This document shows positions 16,365-28,272 of a stretch of DNA of 64,000 nucleotides, piece after piece; within the stretch, counting starts at the first letter, position 1, and each line of letters starts with the position of its first letter. Under the pieces are notes generated by a model that searched no databases, had not been told where the DNA came from, and saw only the letters and a program-made list of their open reading frames with translations. A program made the translations under genes and the position numbers. This DNA comes from the human T2T-CHM13v2.0 reference genome, Homo sapiens. The stretch is from assembly GCF_009914755.1 (NCBI RefSeq), contig NC_060929.1; one strand, given 5' to 3'.

Positions 16365-17039
16365 GGTGGGGCTCACGACTGTCACTATCATCCCTCCAAT
16401 ACATAGAAGGAAAATGAGAATTTAAGCAACTTGCTTAAGATGAACACATCACCTAGTTGTGGGGCTGGGTCTCATACCTGGCATTTAAAATGGCAGAAAC
16501 CAAGATCTCATGTGACTGTATGTAAAAATGAGTTCAGCCTTTGAAGAAAAGCTGTGGACCACTAGAAGATGATGAAGAGTTTAACACTGGACTTCCTGGA
16601 AGAAAGAACAGGGGTAAGTAAGCATGTGTGTGGATCACAGGAGGGATCCTTTTGCCAGCTGGTCGGCCACCACCAGGAACTACTCATATAGGCCACACCC
16701 TATCTTCATGGCACTCTACCATGTGCCACCTTTAGCATTCTTGCTGTAAATTTCTCTGAGCCCGAATGAGAATGTTGAACTCCACAACAGCTAAGTTCCT
16801 GGTGCGATTACCAACGGTGAAATTAAATTTCCTCCTTCTTTTACGGGTATGGCTCACCTCCAAACTTTCATGGGCAGGTAGCAGTAATGAAAGGTGTAGA
16901 AGGTATGCAGGTTTTGATTAAAGATGGAGAATAAAAAGATGTTCTGAACTGTTTTGTTGTGGTTGCTCTTACGTACCCCATATTGGGGTCTACATGAAAT
17001 CTCATTCTATAATAGAATCACTCATGCCATGTCCTAAGC

Positions 17040-18025
17040 TAAACATGTCATCTTCTCATAGTAGTCCATGACACCTGTTTCAGACTCTGGACATGCCCAT
17101 ACACAAGCTCACACAGAAGCTTGACAAGGGCTATTCTAAAGGCTTAACCTGGCCTGACCAACCTGGCCCAACCTGGCTTCTTGGTAATCAAGCAAATAGC
17201 CCCAGCCCGCTCCTCCATCACTGACTCCTGTTTAGTGAGTGGCACTATTGTTCACTCAGTCATCCAGCAACATGGACTTCATTTTTCACTTCTCTCTTTC
17301 ACCCATAATAACTATTGTTGGTTCTAAGTCATAAAATTTCCAGAACCCATACACATTGCTTAATCCCCACTGCTGCCATTCTTGTCTCATCCATGACCCA
17401 CACTGTTTCACTTTAGAATGTCCCCTCTTTCCCTCCACCATCACTGTTTGGCTACAGAACCATCCTCCACTCTGCTGCAGGTATGATGTTTTCACAAACC
17501 TGCTTCACATGCTTTAATGGCTCCTTATTACGGTCCAGATAAATTGCAGCCCCTTAAACATGACTTATAATAAGTGACGTCGTAATTCAGAACCTGCTAA
17601 CTTCTCCAGCCACACTCATTTTTTGCCCTAAGCCCTCTCAAGCTCCACTCCAGCCGGAAGGAACTTCCAGAAGTCTTCCAAGCTGAGGTGTCTCACTTCT
17701 CAGGGCCTCTGCATGGTTCACTCTCTCAACCAGAAATGCCCCAGGACTTTTTCACCTGCTCTCCCCTACACTTTCTTTAGATTCTAGCATAGACATTTCC
17801 TAAGAGAAATCTGCCTTCCACCCATCCCTCCAAACACCAGTGTCAGTGCCTTCTGCCCCTGCCTGCAGTGTGCCCTGTGCAGATGTCCTGGCAGCTCTGC
17901 TCATGCAGTCATAGCCTGTTTACCTGCCTTTCTCTTCCAGACGGAGGGCTCTGAGAGGCCACAGCATGTGCATTATTAAGCACAGCACCAGGCCTGAAGT
18001 GGACACTCAATACATATTTATTGCT
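17040..18025 (+). mobile_element. L2 LINE 3' portion (highly diverged)
   Basis: Pyrimidine-rich L2 body (catcctccactctgctgc, tttaatggctccttatt, cagggcctctgcatgg) ending cacagcaccaggcct..cactcaatacatattt. Confidence 0.7.
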
Positions 18026-18292
18026 TTCCTTTCCTCCTCTCTCTGTTTTATTGGCACTGACCACATCAGCCACAGTCTCTTCCCCTCAAATATGTCCCCA
18101 GCATCCCCAGGCTCATTGCTCCCCCTTTTTCTCTCTCTCATGTTCTCCTTTTCACTCCTAAAAAGGTGTTTCAGACTCATGCTATGAAATGTCCCTTCAA
18201 AATATTTGACAAAAAACAGAGAGAAGCTTAATGTTGTTTTTCCCTCAAGTCTTCCACAGTGACAGGATGAAGTAAGCAGGTAGTGGATCTGA

Positions 18293-18306
18293 GTTGCCAT
18301 GGAAAC
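18293..18306. promoter_or_regulatory. RFX X-box GTTGCCATGGAAAC
   Basis: 13/14 match to the palindromic RFX site GTTGCCATGGCAAC, in apparently unique sequence. Confidence 0.45.
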
Positions 18307-19272
18307 TGATAGCGGGCTAGTCCTTTCACTTTCTCTGTTGGGGGAAAGCATATCTCTTCCTATAACTAGGAAAAGATGAGGATTTATCCTACTGTCTGCA
18401 AAATACCTAATCACCCAAAGGACTGGTTCTCGGTGACCTAGTGCTTTCATGCTCTTCCGGAGACTCTTGGCTGCTGGTCAGAATGATCCATCAGAACTGA
18501 TGTGTGTCACTGGGGCCATTTCCTTGTCCACTCTGGAACTTCATGAAAGCTTGGCAGGAGGAATTGTAAAATGTTTGACACAAAGGGTCTGGAGAAAAGA
18601 AATGTGTGTGTGCACAGTGTACTTAAGGAATGTACATCATGCACATGGATGTGTGCGTGTTTGTGGTGGGGGACAGGAGAAAGAAAAAGTATATTTCACA
18701 TTTTTGTCCTGGCTGAACTAGGTCATTAGATATAATAACTAAGCAGCTCTCTGAACATGAAGTTCTAACTGTAAGGATCAGAAGAAGATTCTCTAAGGCC
18801 CAGGATGAGCGTACATCCCCCTAATTGGCTATATGTGTAGGAGTTAAAGACGGCTGCGGCTGCTCATAGGCATTTTTGACTCTAAGTAGGGCAACCACAA
18901 TTCCAATTCTTAAAGAAAAAAGGATCTTCACATAAAAAGGCATTTGTGCATGCAAGAAAATAAAGATAAACCACAGCCAATTCAAACTCCAGGGGGCAAG
19001 TCCCCCTACTTTTTTTTTTTTTTTTTTTTTCAGGAAAAACAAAAACTATATGATTTCTTCCATTTGTAGAATCTTTCCATTTCCCTTTGTAGCTTCTCAC
19101 TGGGGTCATCAATGCTATGAGGTGAGCATAGTGGATTACCCTAAAGTCCAGAGAGGCTAACTGACCTGTGAAAGGTTACAGAAGCAGCTTGTGACAGGCT
19201 TAATGAGGACCTAGGTCTGCAAATTTGTAATCCAATGACTATTCCACTTAGCATACAAGGACTCCCTCTCAA

Positions 19273-19368
19273 AGATTTGCCTTTCAGGGTCCTTTCAAGC
19301 TCTCCTTATTTTCTCTGAGTTTGCCTTATTATCTGACTTCGAATCTAATTCTACAGACAGACACCATT
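19273..19368 (+). repeat. Dispersed direct repeat, copy 1 (partner 25966-26060)
   Basis: Hand alignment gives 15 differences in 96 bp. Confidence 0.85.
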
Positions 19369-20544
19369 TTATCTTTTTGGGTTAAAGAATCTTGAAAATT
19401 TCGTTCTTTTTTTCTTAATCATTAAATGAATAGAGAAATGGATCGTTGGGTAGAAAGAAGGATTTTTTGAAGTACTGAAAAATTTGGATTTTTCACTTTG
19501 GAAAGTAGACAGCTTAAATTCAACATGATGAAATGCATCAAAGCACAAACCAGTGAAGTCAACGCGGGGATGTGGGCTTTTCATGAGATATGCAAATACA
19601 ACAATACAGAGGCTTCAGTGAAGAAAGTAACTTTAGGGAAGAAGTTTTTAAAGTGTTAGTCAAAGAACATTTGGGGTTTCTAAGAAATACTTCGGGGACA
19701 GCTGTAGGGATCATGGGGTGTGTGGGGTTTGGTTGGATAGCCAAACTTTACTAGCTTCATTTTTTAACCTACACCCATCAGTTCCTCTTACTTTCTGCTT
19801 TAAGAATTACATTTGCATGCCAAATTTAGTGTGAGTAAACATAAATTTGAAAATCAGGCATTTAGAAAAATGAAAATACTGATTCATATAACAGCCAATT
19901 AAATTACTGAACCCATTAGATTTAGGAGTGTGCCAGGGGATGGTTAAGACAGAATCATTGATTCAAAAAGTTTGGACCATTTTCTGAAGGAAAAGTCAAA
20001 GGATGGCTGCCAGAGGGTGAAGCCGTGCTTATCTAAGTTTACAGTGAGGAAACGTCGTTCCTCCTTCTAAGATACATACATACCATGGGTGCAACTCAGT
20101 ATGATAAGTTTAAATCCCTAGCCTCGATGTTGCTCTAGTGTAGATGGCACTCTGCTCGTTTTGAATACCTTTTCTATAAGCACCCTTGCTGTTTACGTGG
20201 AAAATTGCATGCTTGCTCCTGAGCTGGCAGGAGGGTTAAAGAAGTAGCAAGTACTCAGAATCAATTAGCTTTGATTTACAAAGCAACATCACTGATATAC
20301 ATAATTACAATCTCACATTAGTTATTATTCTCTATTTGCTTTGCTGAGCAACACACATGTAGAATGTGTCATTCCTACTGTGATCTGAAGAATATTGGGG
20401 TTCCTTGGAAATTCTTAAGGGGCTGCAGGAGGGAGAAGTTGTTTAAAACAAGAGAGGGTTTTAAATGAACAATGCCTTCTATTTTCCCAACAGCTATTAT
20501 GTGGCAGACATTATAACAAATAACTGCAACAATAATAATGATGG

Positions 20545-20765
20545 TAGCTAACATTTATTGAGTCCCCATCTTTTTCCTGGTACTGTTGTAAATGTTTTAC
20601 ATGCATTAACTAATTTACCCATATACTACCCTTAGAAGCTGGATGCTGTTATCCTTATTTTGTAGACAAGAAAACTGAGGCACAGAGTGTTACAAAATCA
20701 GTGATGAGGTCAAGACTGAAACTCTGTCTGGCTTCTGATCCCATGATTTGAACCACTTTACTATG
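20545..20765 (-). mobile_element. MIR SINE
   Basis: agctaacatttattgag..ttatccttattttgtagacaagaaaactgaggcacagag. Confidence 0.8.
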
Positions 20766-21819
20766 ACTTCTTATTGTCCAAGGTTCTTCAAAGAAAATAG
20801 CCTATTAAACCCTTACAACAAGTATCCTATATTACAAAAGAGAAAACTGAGTTTCCCAAAAGAAACTTGCCCAAGCTAAACTTCATATAGCTGGAAACTA
20901 CACAAATGGGCTTTGAGTCCAGATTTGAGTATAAAGTTTGTGGTAATTTCTACTATAGCAGGCAGCCTCTCAGGTATAATATAAATTATACCGTTTTCTT
21001 AAATTTAATATATACAGACATAGAGAAAGCTGTTGTTAAAATATAATAAAAATCTGTCAAGAAACATCGTTGTCATCTTCCCAAACACTGTCCATATAAA
21101 TTCTTAACTCTCAAACCCATGCTTAACCTATACTCAAGAAGAGACTTTCTGGGAAATAAATCTGTCTTGGTGAATTGTGGTCTTTATGTGGCTCAGGATT
21201 TCACTGATCATGGGTCAGGAAAGAGACACTGAAAAGTCAAAACAAATAAGCTTTCAGGACATGAAATCAGGGGTATAAATAAAGATGTGAAATGAGACTC
21301 AAGGATGAGGTATGGCAAGGGTCTGTGGAAATGAAAGATGTGCTCAGACACTGTCATTTGGCAGACTGGGACTCAGGTGACCTCCAAGCTATGCCTTTGA
21401 CTCTAAAATGATTGGTGTAACTCAATCCATACTTAATGATGAAGATTACCCAAGACAAGGCCACCAATGTCACCAATGTGCAATATCTAAGCAATTATTG
21501 CCTTGTTAGTTCTTTGTGGATGGGCAGGCTAATCACCAAATGACTATACCAGCAGAACCCTCCTAGTGATGACAGGGCTTTGGAGGTCTCAGGGGCTGGC
21601 ACTAAAAGAAGGCACTCATGTGGCCACTGTAGTTAGCACTACAGGATAGACACAGATGCCACAGCCCTTCAAATGGGAAAAAGGCAGCCAAAGATCACCA
21701 ATGTGTCACCTTTTATTTATTTCATTTTTCTACGGTTTTATTGAGGTATATTTAAGGTATAATACACTACACATATAGTCATGCTTCACCCAGCAAAGGG
21801 AATACATTCTGAGAAATGC

Positions 21820-22209
21820 TGTAATAGTCCATTTTCACACTGCTATATCTGTATTAGTCTGTTTTCATATTGCTATAAAGAACTACCTGAGACTGGGTAA
21901 TTTATGAAGCAAAGAGGTTTAATTGACTCACAGTTCTGCAGGCTTAACAGGAAGCATGACTGGGAGGCCTCAAGAAACTTACAATCATGGCAGAAGGTGA
22001 AGGGGAAGCAAGCACCTTCTTCACATGGTGGCAGAAGAGACAGTGAAGGGAGAGGTGCCACACACTTTTAAAGGATCAGATCTCCTGAGAACTCACTCAC
22101 TTTTACAAGAACAGCAAGGGAAATATCCGCCCCATGATCCAATCACCTTCCACCAGGCCCCTCCAATTCGGCATGAGATTTGGGCAGGACACAAATCCAA
22201 ACAATATCA
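21820..22209 (-). mobile_element. MaLR solo LTR (MSTA/THE1D-like)
   Basis: tgtattagtc..tgctataaagaactacctgagactgggtaatttat..aaacttacaatcatggcagaaggtgaagg..caaacaatatca. Confidence 0.93.
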
Positions 22210-22369
22210 GTGTCATTAGACAATTTCGTTGTCGTGTGAACATCTCAGAGTGCATTCACACAAATCTAGATAGTATAGCCTATTACACACCTAGGCTATA
22301 TTGTATAATATAAATATGTAAAATATGATATTATATTGTATAATCTAAACATGTAAAATATATATTATA

Positions 22370-22716
<347 letters not shown>

Positions 22717-23519
22717 TTTATGGAACCACTGTCATATATGTGGTCTGTCATGTACCAAAATGTCATTAGGAGGTGCATGACTGCATCTAAAGTGAACAAT
22801 CTGATGAGTTTTGACATATGTATACATTCATGAAATTATCATTGCAATCAAGATAATGAACATATCCATCAACCCAGAAGCTTCTATTTTCCCTTTTATA
22901 AGTCCCCACAACTCCCCACCCCTGTTATCCAGGCAATCACTGGTTAATTTCTGTTCTATAAATTATTTGCATTATGTATTTTTTTTTTATTTTTGGCATG
23001 GGGAAGGTCTACCTTTTTTGAATCTTAATTATTTTGAGTTTGATTCATATTGTTGCATATGTAATTCTTTCCTTCTTATTGTACAGATATACCACAAATT
23101 GTTTAGTTACTTATTGATATTGGGTTTTGATAGTTTTTGGCTGTATAAATAAAGCTACTCTGAACGTTTGTCTATAGGTCTTTGTGAGGATATGTTTTTC
23201 TTTTCTCTTGGATAAATACTTAGGAGGGCAATGGCTTGGTTGAATAGTAGGTATATGTTTAACTTTTTAAGAAGTGGCCAGATTGTTTACAAAGTGATTT
23301 CACCATTTTGCATTCCCAGCAGCAGTGTATGAGCATTCCAGTGGCTCCACATCCTTGTCAATACTTGGTATAGTGTTTTTAATTTTTAGTCATTCTAGTG
23401 GGTTGTAGTGATATTTCATTGTGGTTCCAATTTTCATTTCCTTATAGACTAACAATGTTGCGCTTTTCATGTGTTTATTTGCCATCCGTAATTTTTTTGA
23501 TGTGTCTGTTCAAATCTCT

Positions 23520-23620
23520 TTTTAAAATTTTTAATGGTTGTGGGTACATAGTAGGTATATATATTTATGGGGTATCTAGGATGTTTTGATACAGGCATGC
23601 ACTGCATAATAATCACATCA
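23520..23620 (-). mobile_element. Short L1MA-type 3'-terminal insertion inside the older L1
   Basis: tgtgggtacatagtaggtatatatatttatgggg..ttttgatacaggcatgc..taataatcacatca is a reversed L1MA 3' tip. Confidence 0.75.
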
Positions 23621-24630
23621 TTCTTCCCTATTTTTTAATGGGTTGTCTTAATAAGTTATAAGAGTTCTTTACATATTTTAGACATATTGTCTTTTGTTAA
23701 ATACATGTCACGCGAATATTTTTTCCTAGTATATAGCTTGCTTTATTTTTGTAAGTCTTTTTTAATTGCAAAGTTTTGATTTTATGAAATTCAAATTATT
23801 GATTTTTTTAAACAGTTCACGCTTTCTTGTTGTTTTAAAGGAATCTTCACTGAGCTCAAGGTCACTAACTTTTTTTTCTTTCTTAAAATACATTTTGTAA
23901 TTTTAGATCTTGCATTCAGGTTTATGATCCATTTTGATTTAATTTTTGTTTATGGTATGAAATAGGGTTCAAGATTAATCTTTTTACATATGACTATTCA
24001 ATTGTTTCAACATTATTTATCAAAAAGATTATCCTTTTCCCATTGAACTGCTGTGGTACCTTTGTCAAAATCATTTGTATGGGTTCACTTTCGGACTCTT
24101 CTGTTCTATTGATCTATATGCACAGACCTTCATTTGCCATGAAAGTAGTTATGCTTTCCTTTGAGGGCCCTGACTATGGGAATTTTTTTATTGGCTTTAA
24201 AAGTTGATATGAGCAACTCAAATGACAGTGGAGAAGATAATTCATACAAGGGTAGGGAAAATGTTAAGTTAATGTTTACTGGAGTATAAACTTTGTGAGA
24301 ATAGAGATATTGTCTATATTATTCACTTTTATTCCCAGTGAATAGATTGAAAGATTAGACATGATATAATTAGAAGATAATTGAAATTGGAGCTAAGTAA
24401 TCTCAGATCTAGGGCTGGCTTTGTTTTTCACTTGGGTAGTTCACTTAGTCTTCTGAGCCTTTTTTTAAAATGGAATTTTAAACAGATAAGCATAGGAAGA
24501 CTGGAGAGTCAGTGTGGTATGGATGGGGGGATATATATGGTGGAGGTGTTAGATGTATCATTATTGTTTTCTTGAGACATCTAAGGGCTAATGCAGAATG
24601 TAATCCAATTTGTCTTGTGTGGCTGCAGAA

Positions 24631-24846
24631 CAGGATTTCCCAATCTTAGAACTATTCGCATTTTAGGCTGGATAAGGCTTTGTTGCAGGGAACTGTCCTG
24701 TGCATTGTAGGGTGGTTAGCAGCATTCTGGCCTCTACCCATGAGATGCCAGTAGCACCCCGACTCCCAAGTGTGGCAACCAAAAATGTCTCCAGACATTG
24801 TCAAATGTCTACTAGGGGTAAAATCACCCTGGTTGAGAACCACCAT
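24631..24846 (-). mobile_element. MER20
   Basis: ctgtcctgtgcattgtagg..gatgccagtagcacccc..aaaaatgtctccagacattgtcaaatgt..ggttgagaaccac. Degenerate TSD ctgcagaa/ttatagaa. Confidence 0.92.
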
Positions 24847-25074
24847 TATAGAAGATACAAATAGTAGTCAGTGTAATAGGCTATAGGGAGTCAACATTTT
24901 TAATAGCAGGGGGAAATTAATCATGATCAGAATTACCAATAGTAGAATTAAGCTATCTAGGGTGGGAGTAGTGGTGAAAGTGAATTTTCTATTTTTATAA
25001 GCCAACAGTAGCCAATGTGACTATCCATCACAGCGGGTATTTAAACACTGGGTAGATAGCTGAAGGAGGTGAAA

Positions 25075-25240
25075 CTTGACCTTTCTGAGCTTGTGTTGTT
25101 TTTTTTAATCTGTAACTTGAGTATATAACAATGCCAACACTACAGGTTCCTGTGAAGATGAAATGAGGTAACACACATACAGCCCTCTGAACAGCATGTA
25201 GCACATACTACATACTTGATACATGGCAGATATTATTATT
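25075..25240 (+). mobile_element. MIR SINE 3' half
   Basis: acctttctgagc..aatctgtaa..acaggttcctgtgaagatgaaatgaggtaa..gcacatacta..attattatt. Confidence 0.65.
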
Positions 25241-25965
25241 ATAGAGGCCGAAACATGCACTTCAGAAATACATCCCTATATCAGAAGGCTTTCATCTCTG
25301 TTCACTGTCCTCTTGGTTCCTTTACAGGAGAAGAGAAGATGCTTATCTGACTGATCAAAACATTGACATGGAGGGAACTAGGGGTCAAGATCATTGTATC
25401 CTGAAAAGCTCCAGCCTCTTTCCCGTACTCTGTCTTCCAGTCTCTGTGATAAACAGATGTAGGCAGCCAGGCCACTTGGGGAGACTGCTAACCTCTCTCT
25501 TTTCTGACTCCATGCCCACAGATGGGTGAGTAGACTTGGGTCCCTTTTGGGGCCTGGTTATTCCTCCTGTCCTGCAGGGTCATGTTTTGGAACATGGGAG
25601 TCAAGATTTAGATGGAGAGTAGAGAAAGAGAGACAGGGCAGGTAAGAAGAATAATTTAGGTCTCAGTAAACCTTGTGAATCAACCCAACCTTTTTATCAG
25701 AGCTTTGAAGCATTTTCACAGCTATCAATAATGTAACACTGTCCATCCTTTTTCACTGTCTGCCATGGTACATGATTTTCTTGGGAAACCCACAATGCAG
25801 TAGGATGATTAGCAGAGCTGGATTTGGGCTTTTTAGGGTCTCAGACTCAGTAACTTCAAAATAATAATAAACTCAGAAACACAATCCACAAAAAAATATT
25901 ATATGATCATTAGAGCTTTTTTTGAGTCATAAAAAATTATGATTTAAGAATCTGGAAAAGAGGTT

Positions 25966-26060
25966 AGATTTGTCTTTCTGGGCCCTTTCAGATTCTAATC
26001 ATTTTCTCTGAATTTGCCTTATTATCTGACTTGAATCCAATTCTAGGCACAGACACCATT
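25966..26060 (+). repeat. Dispersed direct repeat, copy 2 (partner 19273-19368)
   Basis: Shared core attttctctga(g/a)tttgccttattatctgactt..acagacaccatt. Confidence 0.85.
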
Positions 26061-28215
26061 AAATATTTTGTATGCTTCATAAGAAAAGTCCTGGCTGGTA
26101 TCTGTCTGGTGGATCTATCTAGATTATAATTTTTTCAAAGCCTCTTCTGGAATGACGATTGACATTTTGAATAACAATTTAGTCCTTAGTTTGTATCATG
26201 AAGGAAACACAGGTAAACACGATAACTTATTCCAAGGCTTTAACCCAGATAATCAGAGAATAGTTTTGTCATTCATAAATGATGTGTCTATAATTATCAT
26301 ACACTGAATGCACAAAAAGAAAATAAATGAACAATTTTTTTTAAGATTGTTATTTCTCCATGTGTTTTACTGAACTCAGGAAGGCATGAGTGAATAGCTG
26401 AGGCCTTTCTAAATCTGGTCTTTCCACATATCAGAGCTTAATGTTTTATAGACACCTATGGCAATAGGCTGTATAGGAACTGTCAATATGTCTATACCCC
26501 AAGGAATATCCATAGGTCTGCTCTTTTCTGTGCTCCCTCCAAGCATGCCTTTTCACCTTCCTCATGCAAACTTTTCATTCCTTACATTCCAACCTCACCA
26601 AAGGCTAATTATTTTCTTTTCGGAAACATCTTCCTCCAGAGAGAAAAATCTGAATTTTGTACCTATTTTCTTAAATTCTATTTCCTGTTTCAATATAGTA
26701 ACTCATCCTTTATTTCCACTCTGGCTGTGCTCCAGAATTTGCTTGTCAATAGGAATAGTGGAGTAATTCCAAGACCCAGCACTTCCACCGCAGCCATTAC
26801 CGCAGAGGCAACGTGTAGGCCATGCTTACAGGGTCTTGGACTCTGTCTTTTACATTTCACAAATGTTCTTAGAATTGTGTCTTTACGCAATGGAGGAAAG
26901 TACCAAGAGTTTTGGAATATGGCTCCCCAAATCTGAACATCAAGAGAGGGATCAAATTTCATCCTATAATAGGCAAATTAGGCTGTCTGAGCACCTTGAT
27001 ACCCTCAGAATATAAGCCAACACCTTTACTTATTAACTGCTAACAGGCACTTTACAAACACTTGTAATAGCAGGCTTGTAGCTCAGCAAAAGGAGGTGTG
27101 ACCGGATTTTAAATTGTGTGCTTGCATTTTGAAATAAGCAATAACCAAGCAGGCTAGAATTCTTTTTTTCCTTAAGACCTTGCTTCCTGTATAGTCTGCA
27201 TACACAATACTCATGAATAAAAGGCACTGCGATTGCTCCTAATGTCCCAGTTGGCAAAACAAGGGATTTCTGCTTTCTAAACCAAAGTTCCCCGTTCTTT
27301 TGGATTATATGCTACAGTAAAATTTTCTAAGAAATTTTGGCAGCTGAATTAGGATTGCCAAATTTTTTACTTTTCCAATTAAGGTCATTAAAAGAAAAAC
27401 AAAATAAAAAATAAAACCAATCAACTACTTTCACCCTCACCATGGTTTTGTTAAAAATGTTAGAAAGCCTGCTTGCCAGCTGCTTGGATACAAACTTGGT
27501 GCTATTGGTGGAACACAGCTGGAGTGAGCCTGGCCTTGCTGGCTGCATGGGAGCTGGGTGAGGCCTGTCACTGCCGGCTTTCCCCCACTTCCCTGGAGAC
27601 CTGTATGATGCAGCAGAGGCAGCCATAATTTCCTTGGGAACATAACTCCATTGGCCTGAGAACCACACCCTTATCCCCCACAGTGGCCGCAGTAGGCCCT
27701 GCCCAAGGAGAGTCTGAGCTCAGACCCACCTACCCTCCCCGAAACTGATGGTTTTTCTCTACCTGCCCTAGTAGTTGAAGATAAAAGAGATACTCTCTTG
27801 GCAGCTCAATAGCCCCACCCATCACCTCAGAAACCCAAGTACTCATCCTGGCCAGCGTAGGGTAAGATTATATCCCCCTTCTACTACTGCAGCTGGTACA
27901 CTCTTAAAAGTACTTTTGGAGTACTCAAGCCATGACAGCAACTCAGAACAGAACCACCCTCCTCCAAAGAAGGAAAAAACGACAGCTAATTCCACTGCCT
28001 GCAACACCATGGCTAACCAGAGGTCCTGAGTATGTCCACATGACAACTTCACTGCTAGCATAATCAGCATTCAAGAAAACCAGTGCACTAAAGAAAACTA
28101 CAACCAAGGACTCTCACACAGTCCACTTCGCTCCCCTGCCAACTCCACTAGAGCAGGTGCTGGTATCCATGGCTGGAAGACCTGAAGATGGATCACATCA
28201 CAGGACTCTTTGTAG

Positions 28216-28272
28216 ACATTCGCCAGCACCAGCCTACATTCGCCAGCACCAGCCTACATTCCCCAGCACCAG
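28216..28272. repeat. 20-bp tandem repeat (~2.9 copies) in the L1 5'UTR
   Basis: acattcgccagcaccagcct x2 followed by acattccccagcaccag. Confidence 0.9.

Noticed and set aside
16539-16620. GAA-rich stretch ending in a strong gtaagt donor
   Set aside because: No convincing acceptor upstream and no recognisable peptide.
18007-18450. 147-aa ORF and similar ORFs in unique DNA (41777-42187, 43688-44128, 14751-15116)
   Set aside because: No recognisable domain and no exon structure; the lengths are what chance gives in 64 kb.
28216-28272. Short direct repeats as a CRISPR-like array
   Set aside because: Head-to-tail copies with no spacers, inside an L1 5'UTR in a primate genome.
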